The notes under the pieces: generated by a model
Told to the model about the DNA's origin: nothing
Seen by the model: the letters and a program-made list of their open reading frames with translations, nothing else
The model's database searches: none
Assembly (NCBI RefSeq): GCF_029267515.1
Contig: NZ_JAJUIS010000009.1
Location: forward strand, 41,747 to 105,746
Length of the DNA: 64,000 nt
Source of the DNA: Seleniivibrio woodruffii
Lineage (GTDB): Bacteria > Chrysiogenota > Deferribacteres > Deferribacterales > Geovibrionaceae
Direction: 5' to 3'
Made by a program: the position numbers and the translations under genes
In this document: piece after piece, positions 35,087 to 43,960 of the stretch
How the letters are laid out: each line of letters opens with the position of its first letter
Position numbering within the stretch: position 1 is the first letter of the stretch

Positions 35087-35281
35087 CTGAAACGTACGCA
35101 ATAGGTATCAGATTTAAACATGGGTTCGGCGTAATGCCGAGGGGGAGTGTCTTGTATTCGGCGGGCGAAATGCCCGCTGACAGGACAAAAAGAAACAAAT
35201 AGCCACAAATAAATAGATGCATAGGCGGTATCAACCGCTTTTCGCCCTGCTGAGGTCTCCAATACCGGCAGGGCTTTTTTA
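35087..35281 (+). ncRNA. Candidate sigma-54-dependent small RNA (~195 nt), unrecognised family
   Basis: No credible ORF. Stems at 35125-35141, 35158-35180 and 35223-35240, an A/C-rich unpaired stretch at 35181-35222, and a terminator at the 3' end. The 5' end is inferred from promoter geometry. Confidence 0.6.
35244..35281 (+). terminator. Intrinsic terminator of the candidate sRNA
   Basis: GCCCTGC / GCAGGGC stem, extendable to 9 bp, followed by TTTTTT. Confidence 0.8.
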
Positions 35282-35322
35282 TATCCCCTCTTTTTGTTTA
35301 TATACGTCTTATTACATCGTCA

Positions 35323-35381
35323 GAATTTTGATTTCTAGGGTCATGTACACTCACGTACACTCCCCGTCTAAATCAAAATTC
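35323..35381. repeat. 12-bp perfect inverted repeat enclosing two 10-bp tandem repeats
   Basis: GAATTTTGATTT (35323-35334) and AAATCAAAATTC (35370-35381). Inside are GTACACTCAC and GTACACTCCC (35345-35364). Confidence 0.8.
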
Positions 35382-35568
35382 TTCCTTGTACTACTCGCAT
35401 CTAAACAAAAATCTGCTTGAATCCTCGTTCTGCTGCGTCACTTCGTTCATCGCGAAGATAAATAAAAAATCCGGCTTCGCGAGGAGCGAAAGAGACGCGG
35501 CGATCTCATCTTAGTTTGCTTTTATACTCTATCTCTAAATGCGTTAAATGGTCTATACGAAAAACAAA

Positions 35569-36933
35569 TCAGACCAAACCGTATTTTTCCAGCTTATACC
35601 GCAGAGTGCCCCTTGGAATATTCAGCAGTTTCGACGTCCGCAGGACGTTAGCACCCGTAATGACAAGTGCTTCGGAAAGAAGCTGTTTCTCGACACTTTC
35701 AATGGCTGATTCAAAATCCATACCATCAGGCGGTATATGCAAATTGCTCTGGGTTCCGATTTTCGGTTTTTCGCCTGATATCTCACGCGGAAGCATGTCC
35801 GGCGTGATTATCTCACGGCTGTACATGATACAGATCCGCTCGACGATATTCTTCATTTCACGGATATTTCCCGGCCATGGATAAGCCTTGAACAGTTCCA
35901 GCGCCTCTTTCGAAACCTCGCGAATATCCTTTTTAAACTCGGTTCTGTAACGTTTTATAAAATGGTCAAGCAGCGGTGCGATATCCTCCGTCCGCTCTCT
36001 GAGCGGCGGCAGAGACAGCGGAAAAACATTAAGCCTGTAAAACAGATCTTCCCTGAACTCTTTGTTGTTTATTGCCTCACGCAGATCCTTGTTTGTGGCT
36101 GCAATTATACGCACGTCTATATCTATGTTTCTGGTGCTGCCCAGTCTGCGTATCTTTCTCTCTTCCAGCACACGCAGGAACTTAACCTGCAAATTCATAT
36201 CCATTTCGCCTATCTCGTCAAGAAACACAGTGCCGCCCGCTGCCTCTTCCAGAAGTCCGGTTTTTCTTGTCTTGGCATCGGTGAACGCTCCCTTTTCGTG
36301 CCCGAAAAGCTCTGATTCCAGAAGGTTATATGGAAGCGAACCGCAGTTTATGTCTACAAACGGCTTGTCCTTTCTTGGAGAAAGATTGTGTATCGCTCTG
36401 GACACAACCTCCTTTCCCGTGCCGCTCTCACCGGTAATAAGCACTGTGGCTGTCTCGTGCTTTGCCACCTCGCGTATCTTCATGAAAACATCCGTCATGG
36501 CAGGGCTTACACCGACAACCTCCGGCAGAACAGAACCGTCCCGTTTAAATGATTTCAACTCCCGTTTAAGGCTTCTTGTTTCCAGCGCAAGCCGAACGAT
36601 AAGGTGCAGCGCGTCCGCTTTGAAAGGTTTTTTGATATAGTCGTAGGCGCCCATTTTAAGCGCCTCCACGGCGCTTTCAACGGTTCCGTAGCCTGTTATG
36701 ATTATTACCAGAATTTCTGGATCTATCTCTTTCATCTCACGCAGTATGTCTATACCGCTGTCCCTGCCAAGGTTCAGATCGAGCAGAACAAGGTCGATAT
36801 CGCCCTCGGTCAGCATATGTATCGATTCGTGCCTGTTCTGGGCAACGGCAACGTCGTAACCTTTAAGCGTGAGAGTTCTTTCGAGATTTTCGCGAATAAA
36901 AATTTCATCATCGACAACGAGTATTTTTTCCAT
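35569..36933 (-). CDS. NtrC-family sigma-54-dependent response regulator
   Basis: Start set at MEKILVVDDE (ATG 36933). Receiver domain, AAA+ domain with GESGTGKE and ESELFGHEKGAFTDA, and a C-terminal HTH (LNIPRGTLRYKLEKYGL). Confidence 0.92.
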   Translation of the reverse strand: MEKILVVDDEIFIRENLERTLTLKGYDVAVAQNRHESIHMLTEGDIDLVLLDLNLGRDSGIDILREMKEIDPEILVIIITGYGTVESAVEALKMGAYDYIKKPFKADALHLIVRLALETRSLKRELKSFKRDGSVLPEVVGVSPAMTDVFMKIREVAKHETATVLITGESGTGKEVVSRAIHNLSPRKDKPFVDINCGSLPYNLLESELFGHEKGAFTDAKTRKTGLLEEAAGGTVFLDEIGEMDMNLQVKFLRVLEERKIRRLGSTRNIDIDVRIIAATNKDLREAINNKEFREDLFYRLNVFPLSLPPLRERTEDIAPLLDHFIKRYRTEFKKDIREVSKEALELFKAYPWPGNIREMKNIVERICIMYSREIITPDMLPREISGEKPKIGTQSNLHIPPDGMDFESAIESVEKQLLSEALVITGANVLRTSKLLNIPRGTLRYKLEKYGLV

Positions 36934-36965
36934 ATCAAATCCATGCGAATAATTGGGTGAAATAA

Positions 36966-36993
36966 AGTATAGGCGATTATGAAAATATAGCAA
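36966..36993 (-). promoter_or_regulatory. Possible internal sigma-70-type promoter for the activator gene
   Basis: On the minus strand: TTGCTA (36993-36988), 16 nt, TATACT (36971-36966), 32 nt before the ATG. Confidence 0.4.
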
Positions 36994-37001
36994 GAAAAAC
37001 A

Positions 37002-37017
37002 TGGCGGTTTTTCGCCA
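37002..37017 (-). promoter_or_regulatory. Third copy of the 16-bp dyad, possibly also an attenuator hairpin
   Basis: Reads TGGCGAAAAACCGCCA on the minus strand, immediately after the kinase stop codon (37018-37020). As RNA it forms AUGGCG-AAAAAC-CGCCAU followed by GUUUUUCUU. Confidence 0.45.
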
Positions 37018-37932
37018 TCAACCCAGATTGAAAGTTATAAGAAACTCGGTACCCTTTCCCACCTCGCTTGAAACCGTTATCTCGCCGCCGTGTCTGCGCA
37101 CAATATCGCGCACCACTGAAAGCCCTATGCCTGTTCCGCCCTGTTTGTCTGTGAAAAACGGTTCGAAAATCATATGAACTTTTTCTTCCGGTATGCCGGA
37201 GCCTGTATCTTCGAAATGAATATATATCTTATTATCAGCAGTTTTAGCGGTCACTGTCAGATTTCCGCCACTTTCCATTGCCTGAACGGCGTTTATCACA
37301 AGATTATGAAACGCCTGCCGCAGTTTGCTGCCGTCCGCAAGGATATGCGGTATGCCCGGTTCTATCTCTGTGCGAACCACGACCCTGTTTATTACACAGA
37401 GCTTATGGTTGAGCATCAGCACTTCCGAAAGAACGACAGCAATGTCCTCTTCGCCCATGGCGCGGACATCACTTCCTGAATATGTGAGAACATCCGTAAG
37501 CATCTGCTCAAGACGTTCAATCTCAGATATCGCCATCCTAAGAAGATGCCTTTCATTCTCGGCACAGCTCAGCCTGTCGTGGATATCGTCCAGCAGAACA
37601 CCGATTCCCGTGAGAGGGTTGCGCATCTCGTGCGCCAGAGAGGGCATTATTTCACCCAGAGACATAAGTTTAGAGGCACGTTCGCGCTCAGCGGCGTTCT
37701 CAAGAATAACGAGTCTGTGCCCGCTTTCACCGACGTTTTCGGATGTCACGGAATAGTCGGATGCCAAACCGCCTTTAAAGAGGCGCAGTGTTTCCCCGTC
37801 CGCAACATTTTTAAGTTTTGCGCCGGCATCCGTCTCTTTCAGAAGCAGACTGCCGACCCCGTCAGCATAGACAGTGTCCCCGTTTCCGTCGATAATAATA
37901 ATGGCTCTGTAAAACTTCAGAAATCTGTTCAT
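37018..37932 (-). CDS. Soluble histidine kinase with a short PAS-like N-terminus
   Basis: No TM segment. ~85-aa N-terminal region (IIIIDGNGDTVYADG), H-box LAHEMRNPLTGI and an ATPase domain (DTGSGIP..., GGTGIGLSV). Confidence 0.88.
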   Translation of the reverse strand: MNRFLKFYRAIIIIDGNGDTVYADGVGSLLLKETDAGAKLKNVADGETLRLFKGGLASDYSVTSENVGESGHRLVILENAAERERASKLMSLGEIMPSLAHEMRNPLTGIGVLLDDIHDRLSCAENERHLLRMAISEIERLEQMLTDVLTYSGSDVRAMGEEDIAVVLSEVLMLNHKLCVINRVVVRTEIEPGIPHILADGSKLRQAFHNLVINAVQAMESGGNLTVTAKTADNKIYIHFEDTGSGIPEEKVHMIFEPFFTDKQGGTGIGLSVVRDIVRRHGGEITVSSEVGKGTEFLITFNLG

Positions 37933-39564
37933 CTACACCCTGAATCTTTCCACCATAGTGTTAAGATGTGCCGCCTGCTGTGCAAGCTGATCTATCGTAC
38001 TGTTAACTTCTGTCATAGTGTTTACGTTCTGTTCCAGCCCTTCTGACATCTGCACAGCGTTTTCGTTTACGTTCTGGATACCCTCGCTCTGTTCGCCGAT
38101 AGCAAGCCGCACGGCACCGATGCTGAGATTCACGTCGGTAATTGCATCCACAATTTTTCTGAACGAAGCATCCGTTTGCTCGATAAGTTTATTGCCCTGT
38201 TCAATATTCTTCTCTGCGTCGCCCATTTCAGTGGACGCGGACTTTGTATCCGCGACAAAAGTTCTGATTATAGAACCAATCTCAGATGTTGCGGACTGGG
38301 TTCTTTCCGCCAGTTTGCGCACTTCGTCGGCAACAACGGCAAAGCCCCTGCCCGCCTCTCCAGCTCTTGCCGCCTCGATTGCGGCGTTGAGCGCCAGAAG
38401 GTTGGTCTGGTCGGCAATATCGCTTATCACGTTGAGAATTTCACCTATCTGTCCCGAAGAGGTAGTAAGGTTTTCGATGGTTTCGGAAAGTTTTCCGGTG
38501 GAATGTGTAATGCCCGCCATTCCTTTTTTCACCATTTCAAGTTTTTCCGCACCGTCTTTCGTACTGTCCACAGCCTCGTTCAGTGGAACGGAAGCCTGCT
38601 GTATATTGTCCACCATGACGTCACTGGTGGCACCTATCTCGCTTATGGCGGAAGCTATGGATTCAACCTGACGGGAGCGCTCCATAAAGGTCTCAGTCAT
38701 ATTTCTCATAGTGGAGTTAAGCTCCTCCGCACTTACGCTGACCCCAGCGGCATTCTCCTTAACGTCGGATACTATTTCCTGAATACTGCTGACGAAGCTG
38801 TCGAAATAGCCTGACATCTCGCCTATCTCGTCTTTGGTTTTTATGTTTATGCGGCGGGTGAGGTCTCCCTTGCCGCCTGTGAAATCTTTAAGAACATGTA
38901 TAAAGCTGTAAAGCCTTTTGATAACCGCTGTGTGCACGAAAAAGTATATCAGACCTGACAGAACGGCTATTGAGATTGACGTGAAATAAACCCAGAATGC
39001 TGCGGAACTTACCGCAGTTCTGTTAATATCGGAAGCCAGTTCATATTCGTTTGTGATGGAGGATATCAGAAGCTCTATTTCGTTGCTGTTTTCGCTGGCA
39101 ATACCGTCTATCCTGTCATCAAGCGCAGCAAACGTTTCGTTGTCCGCTCCGTTTTTTACGGCGTTGAAAAGTTCACCTTCAACAACCTCTTTCTGTTTCG
39201 CGAACATAGCCAGAATCTTTTCAATATTCGCCTTTTCCTCGTCAGTATCTGCATATTCACGGAAGGTCGGCGTCATCTCTTCTATATCTTTGTAATATCC
39301 GTTCAGTTCTTCCAGAAGTTCAGGGGCAACCTGCATGGAATCTTTATCGACTATTACGTCCATCGCAGCCAGTGCTATGCCGCTGTTATAAGTTTTCAGT
39401 TGATTAACATCCAGTATCTGTCTCGCCCTTTCATCCTGCGTTTCCGAAGCGGATTCTGCGCCGGACAGTTTTATGCCGAGATACACGGCTGTGAACACAG
39501 AAACTACGAATAATACAGAAAAAAATAAATTAAGTTTTGCCCTGATAGTCATGTGGCACCTCAA
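37933..39564 (-). CDS. Methyl-accepting chemotaxis protein (helical periplasmic domain, HAMP, signalling domain)
   Basis: Two TM segments flank a ~170-aa helical domain. Contains the highly conserved hairpin tip ...[40 protein letters not shown]. Its TAG stop is immediately followed by the kinase ATG. Confidence 0.9.
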   Translation of the reverse strand: MRCHMTIRAKLNLFFSVLFVVSVFTAVYLGIKLSGAESASETQDERARQILDVNQLKTYNSGIALAAMDVIVDKDSMQVAPELLEELNGYYKDIEEMTPTFREYADTDEEKANIEKILAMFAKQKEVVEGELFNAVKNGADNETFAALDDRIDGIASENSNEIELLISSITNEYELASDINRTAVSSAAFWVYFTSISIAVLSGLIYFFVHTAVIKRLYSFIHVLKDFTGGKGDLTRRINIKTKDEIGEMSGYFDSFVSSIQEIVSDVKENAAGVSVSAEELNSTMRNMTETFMERSRQVESIASAISEIGATSDVMVDNIQQASVPLNEAVDSTKDGAEKLEMVKKGMAGITHSTGKLSETIENLTTSSGQIGEILNVISDIADQTNLLALNAAIEAARAGEAGRGFAVVADEVRKLAERTQSATSEIGSIIRTFVADTKSASTEMGDAEKNIEQGNKLIEQTDASFRKIVDAITDVNLSIGAVRLAIGEQSEGIQNVNENAVQMSEGLEQNVNTMTEVNSTIDQLAQQAAHLNTMVERFRV

Positions 39565-39629
39565 AAAATCAAATAATCACCTAATTGACTATACCGATTC
39601 AATCTTAATTTAACAAGTGAATGTTCCTC

Positions 39630-40823
39630 TCATATTCTCCCTTTGCGGCGCAGCCAGATAAAGAGAAACGGCCATATAACCAGCACAAAGAGAGATACGC
39701 AGGCAATGAGCAGACCGTAAAATCGCAGAGGGTCTGCATGGGGCAGTGTCACAAGCCACATGCTGAGAGCGCCCGCCATGAACTGATAAAAAACCATGAA
39801 CGACGAAGCGGAACCTATGTCCGTGCGTACCTGTTCAAGAACAAGGCTGGAACTGACAGGTCTGTTGAACCCTGTGAAAAAAGCGAAGATGAACATCCCC
39901 GCAGCAAAGAACTCATATCCGCGGTGATTGAACAGCAGAACGAAGAGACCGCCCGCAAACGCACCGATAAATCCGACAGAAAGCATAAGCGACTGTTTCA
40001 GCCTGACCGAGAGCTTTGCGCTTGCAAAAGAACCCGCCATGGCACAGACGGCGTTCATGCCGAAGAGGATACTGAAAAGCTGACCGGAAAGCCCGTAGAT
40101 ATTGATATATGCGATGGGTGAAAACGCTATGAATCCGTAAAAAGGGGAGATGGAAAGTCCCATAACCGTGGTTGCTGCAGCATATTCCCTGTTGAACAGC
40201 AGAGACTTATACCGCAGAAACATCGAAAGCACGCTGCCCTTTATAAACTCTTTCGCCGTCTCCTCGTATCCCATTGCGATAATTGACGTTATAAGTACCA
40301 TGGCGCCCTGAGTGAAGAATATCAGTCTCCACGAACCAAACCCAAGCAGCATCGTACCTATGGACGGCGCCACCATGGGCGCAACGGCGAGGATAACACC
40401 GATGTACGCCAGCGCTTTCTGACGCTCCGCACCATCATATTTATCCCTGCATATCGCCATGACCATCGCTGATGGTGCAGCGGCACCCATACCCTGAATA
40501 ACCCGGAACATTATCAGCATGTAAGGATTCGCGGAAAGTCCGCACAGAAAGCTGGACGCCACGAACAGCCACAACCCGAAAAGGAGAACAGGTCTGCGCC
40601 CTATCCTGTCCGAAAGGGGACCGAAAAGCAGCAGAGACGAGCTGAAAGACGCAAACCAGAGCACCAGTGAAAGGTTCACTACGGAAACATGGACGTTCCA
40701 GTCGGCGGCTATCTTAGGGATGGCGGCAAGATACATATCGGTAGCAAGAGGAGGCGTTGCGCCTATCAGAGACAAAAATATAATATAAAGTGACGGATTT
40801 TTTATTTTGAATGAACTGAACAT
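39630..40823 (-). CDS. MFS transporter, Bcr/CflA-like drug-efflux subfamily
   Basis: 397 aa, 12 TM segments, with the motif LSDRIGRRPVLLFGL between TM2 and TM3. Confidence 0.85.
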   Translation of the reverse strand: MFSSFKIKNPSLYIIFLSLIGATPPLATDMYLAAIPKIAADWNVHVSVVNLSLVLWFASFSSSLLLFGPLSDRIGRRPVLLFGLWLFVASSFLCGLSANPYMLIMFRVIQGMGAAAPSAMVMAICRDKYDGAERQKALAYIGVILAVAPMVAPSIGTMLLGFGSWRLIFFTQGAMVLITSIIAMGYEETAKEFIKGSVLSMFLRYKSLLFNREYAAATTVMGLSISPFYGFIAFSPIAYINIYGLSGQLFSILFGMNAVCAMAGSFASAKLSVRLKQSLMLSVGFIGAFAGGLFVLLFNHRGYEFFAAGMFIFAFFTGFNRPVSSSLVLEQVRTDIGSASSFMVFYQFMAGALSMWLVTLPHADPLRFYGLLIACVSLFVLVIWPFLFIWLRRKGRI

Positions 40824-40894
40824 GGAAACCTTCTCTCCAAATAATATAGAACACTTACGCTATATCAGGTATACTACATCTGAGGCAATATACA

Positions 40895-41875
40895 ATGGAT
40901 AAATCATATATAACATATAGTTTTATACTATCAGACACAAACGGATGGATAGACACCGACCGCACCCACCCTTCGGAAAATATCGCAAGAAGGCTTTCGT
41001 GGGTGCACATGGAAGCCGACAGCGGGAGAACAAAAGACTGGCTTTACGAACAGGAAAACATTGACCAGCTTGCCATAGACAGCCTTCTGGAAGAGGACAC
41101 ACGTCCACGCACCGTTTTTTATCAGAACGGATATATGCTGAACCTGCGAGGAGTGAACCTCAACACAGAGCAGGATCCGCACGACATGGTTTCCATAAGG
41201 CTTTTCATTCAGCCGGACAGGATAATCTCCACATCAAAGCGCCAGTGCCACGCCGTTGAAGACATCGCGGCGGCTCTTAAAGCCGAGGACGCTCCGAGAA
41301 CATCCGGTGAGTTTGTCACCCTTCTGCTGGAACTGCTTACAGAGCGTGCTGAAAGCTACATAACAGACCTTAAAGACGGCACATACGAGCTGGAATACAA
41401 AATCATCGATGAATCGGATATAAATCAGCGCAGGCAGATATCAGAGATACGGCGCGCTGTTATAACCTTCACCCGATATTTCTCACCGCAGAAAGATGCC
41501 GCAGCAAAACTGGCATCGGCAAAAGGCTGCCTGTTTGACGCTTCTCAGGAACAGCGTATTCAGGAATGTATCAACAAGATAAGCAAATTCATAGAGGATC
41601 TGGACGCGTTGGACAACAGGTGCTACGTTCTTCAGGACGAAGTTGCAGCCATAACCAACGACCGGATAAACAGGAACATGTATTTCATTTCGATGATGGC
41701 GGCTGTTTTTCTGCCTGTAACGTTTCTCACAGGGCTTTTCGGTGTAAACCTCGGCGGGATACCAGGCGGAAAGAGCGAAAAAGGATTCATAGTATTCATT
41801 GTTGTGCTGGTGCTGGTGATAATCATTCAGGTGTACGCATTTAAAAGATCGGAAAGGTTCAATCGCAAACCATAA
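40895..41875 (+). CDS. zntB: CorA-superfamily divalent-metal transporter, ZntB-like
   Basis: Cytoplasmic N-domain plus two C-terminal TM segments with LFGVNLGGIPG (the GVN variant of the CorA GMN motif). Confidence 0.8.
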   Translation: MDKSYITYSFILSDTNGWIDTDRTHPSENIARRLSWVHMEADSGRTKDWLYEQENIDQLAIDSLLEEDTRPRTVFYQNGYMLNLRGVNLNTEQDPHDMVSIRLFIQPDRIISTSKRQCHAVEDIAAALKAEDAPRTSGEFVTLLLELLTERAESYITDLKDGTYELEYKIIDESDINQRRQISEIRRAVITFTRYFSPQKDAAAKLASAKGCLFDASQEQRIQECINKISKFIEDLDALDNRCYVLQDEVAAITNDRINRNMYFISMMAAVFLPVTFLTGLFGVNLGGIPGGKSEKGFIVFIVVLVLVIIIQVYAFKRSERFNRKP

Positions 41876-42125
41876 GGGAACACAGACGGAAGTCTTTGCA
41901 TAAAGTCAGACCGGCTTTGTCCAGAGCGGTATCAATACGCTTGCGGGTCTTTTTTTCACCAAGCCTGTCTGAAGTGACATAAAACACCCTTTCGGTTATG
42001 ACAAACATTATTTCCGAAATGCCCTTCTGTTTCTTCATTTCATCAATAAACGCAAAGACGCAGGGGACACATACGGTGCCGTATTCAAACCCCATCCCTT
42101 CGACATGTATTTTGTATTTTTCCAT
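41859..42125 (-). CDS. Hypothetical small protein, possibly a divergent HMA-like fold
   Basis: MEKYKIHVEGM...CVPC... loosely resembles the beta-alpha-beta start of heavy-metal-associated domains. Weak RBS. The 3' end overlaps the zntB 3' end by 17 nt. Confidence 0.3.
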   Translation of the reverse strand: MEKYKIHVEGMGFEYGTVCVPCVFAFIDEMKKQKGISEIMFVITERVFYVTSDRLGEKKTRKRIDTALDKAGLTLCKDFRLCSLMVCD

Positions 42126-42328
42126 AAAGTTCACCGTTTGGCTGTTAATATATACTTTTTTGCGGATTTTTCAAATAAGACATTTTTTATCCTTTTTCGA
42201 TTAAATATTCCTGCAAGTGCTTTTTCCGGTATCTGCTACCAGTTTCTATGGCGTTCGGAACACATTTTTTAGAGGACAAACGTCGATATTTTTGTTATCA
42301 TCCAGTCAACACAAACAGAGGTTTTTAT

Positions 42329-43924
42329 ATGAAGTTAAGCATTATGCAAAAACTCTTTATTCCCACTTCAGTGGTTTTTCTAATCATAATAGTATCTTTT
42401 ATAACAAATTGGATTGTAATAGAGGGGCAGGAAAAGGATGCACTTATTGTAAACCTTGGCGGGCGCCAGCGTATGCTCACGCAAAAAATGACCAAAGAGG
42501 TTCTGATATACGAACTCGGCGGCGCTTCGCAAGAAGATGTGAAAAAAAGTATCACAGGTTCCGTCAAAAACTTCGATATGACCCTTAAAGGGCTTATAAA
42601 CTCCGGCGAAGTGCCCGTTTCAAACGACCCGGAAGGCGAAAAGGTCTTCATAAACGCTGTAGGCGAACCTGCGCACGGTCAGCTTGAAAAAGTTGCACAG
42701 CAGTGGACAACTTTTTCCGGTAATATTACAAAATATCTTGAATCAGGCGACAAACAGGCGCTTGAATACATTATGCAGAACAATATGCCCCTGCTGGCTG
42801 AAATGAACAAAGCCGTGACCATGCTTCAGGAGGCATCCGAATCAAAAGTTACGAACATGCTCCGTATGCAGCTTTTCTTCACAATAGTGATAATAGCATC
42901 TGTTCTTCTGCTTATGCTTGCCTCAAAAATAATGATAGGATTTATTAACAATTTTAAAGACAGAATGCGCGATATCTCCGAGGGTGACGGTGACCTGCGC
43001 CTCAGGCTGAACGTTAAAAGCCACGACGAGATAGGCATTGCAGCGAAATACGTTGATCATTTCATAGACACTGTGCATCGCGTCGTATCATCAACAATGC
43101 GCAACGCAGACGAAACATACGAATCAAGCATCAGGCTCTCGTCAACGGCAGAATCCCTTTCAAACAACATACACCAGCAGATGGAGCTGGTTTCAAAAAG
43201 CGGCGAGCTTACCTCCGAAGTCGGCAACGAACTGGACATGACCGAGGAGATGGCTGTCACCACCACAGAGGTAATAGAAAAAGGCAACAGACAGCTTGAG
43301 GAGTTCACCGTTCATCTGAACACTTTCTCCGCATCCATCGTTCAGGACAGCAAAAGGCAGTCTGAGCTTTCCGAGCGCATAAAGGCGCTGAACGAACAGA
43401 TGGCGCAGATTTCAAGCGTTCTGGGCATGATAGCAGACATTGCCGACCAGACAAACCTGCTGGCGCTTAACGCATCCATAGAGGCGGCGAGAGCAGGCGA
43501 ACACGGACGCGGATTTGCCGTTGTTGCGGACGAGGTGAGAAAACTCGCAGAACGCACTCAGGCGTCGCTGGGCACTATCAATTCGACAACAGGCGAGCTG
43601 GTGGACAGCGTTGAATCCATAAGCAAAGAGACAGACAAACTTTCCAAAAAGATACTTGGCGTTGCTGATCAGTCCAACGACCTGATAAATCTGGCAAACA
43701 GCACAAAAGACGAGCTGAGTGTGTCGCTGAACACCTCCGCAACTCTTGTGGGCAAAACAACGCTCATAGCCACGAGAACTAAAGAGCTTATACAGATAAT
43801 GCAGCAGCTTTATGATCTTTCGGAACGCAACACCCATGCCGGTGACGACGTAAGTCAGATAGCCGCGTCACTTAATGCGAAGGCTATGGAGCTTTCCTCC
43901 ATGCTGAAACACTTCTCCGTATAA
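42329..43924 (+). CDS. Methyl-accepting chemotaxis protein with a PilJ/NarX-type periplasmic sensor
   Basis: Start set at [12 protein letters not shown] (AGAGG RBS). [16 protein letters not shown]-box-like motif, HAMP and the conserved MCP tip ([40 protein letters not shown]). Confidence 0.88.
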   Translation: MKLSIMQKLFIPTSVVFLIIIVSFITNWIVIEGQEKDALIVNLGGRQRMLTQKMTKEVLIYELGGASQEDVKKSITGSVKNFDMTLKGLINSGEVPVSNDPEGEKVFINAVGEPAHGQLEKVAQQWTTFSGNITKYLESGDKQALEYIMQNNMPLLAEMNKAVTMLQEASESKVTNMLRMQLFFTIVIIASVLLLMLASKIMIGFINNFKDRMRDISEGDGDLRLRLNVKSHDEIGIAAKYVDHFIDTVHRVVSSTMRNADETYESSIRLSSTAESLSNNIHQQMELVSKSGELTSEVGNELDMTEEMAVTTTEVIEKGNRQLEEFTVHLNTFSASIVQDSKRQSELSERIKALNEQMAQISSVLGMIADIADQTNLLALNASIEAARAGEHGRGFAVVADEVRKLAERTQASLGTINSTTGELVDSVESISKETDKLSKKILGVADQSNDLINLANSTKDELSVSLNTSATLVGKTTLIATRTKELIQIMQQLYDLSERNTHAGDDVSQIAASLNAKAMELSSMLKHFSV

Positions 43925-43933
43925 AAACAGACA

Positions 43934-43960
43934 GGGCGGTGTCACTCACCGCCCTTTTTT
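43934..43960. terminator. Bidirectional terminator between the MCP and photolyase genes
   Basis: GGGCGGTG-TCACT-CACCGCCC followed by TTTTTT. The hairpin overlaps the last codons of the photolyase gene. Confidence 0.7.

Noticed and set aside
35217-35420. 67-aa ORF overlapping the 3' part of the candidate sRNA. The minus-strand ORFs 35052..35234 and 35077..35262 were considered with it.
   Set aside because: None has an SD sequence. The + ORF reads straight through a strong intrinsic terminator, and the minus ORFs are antisense to the promoter and stems. None has a protein-like composition.
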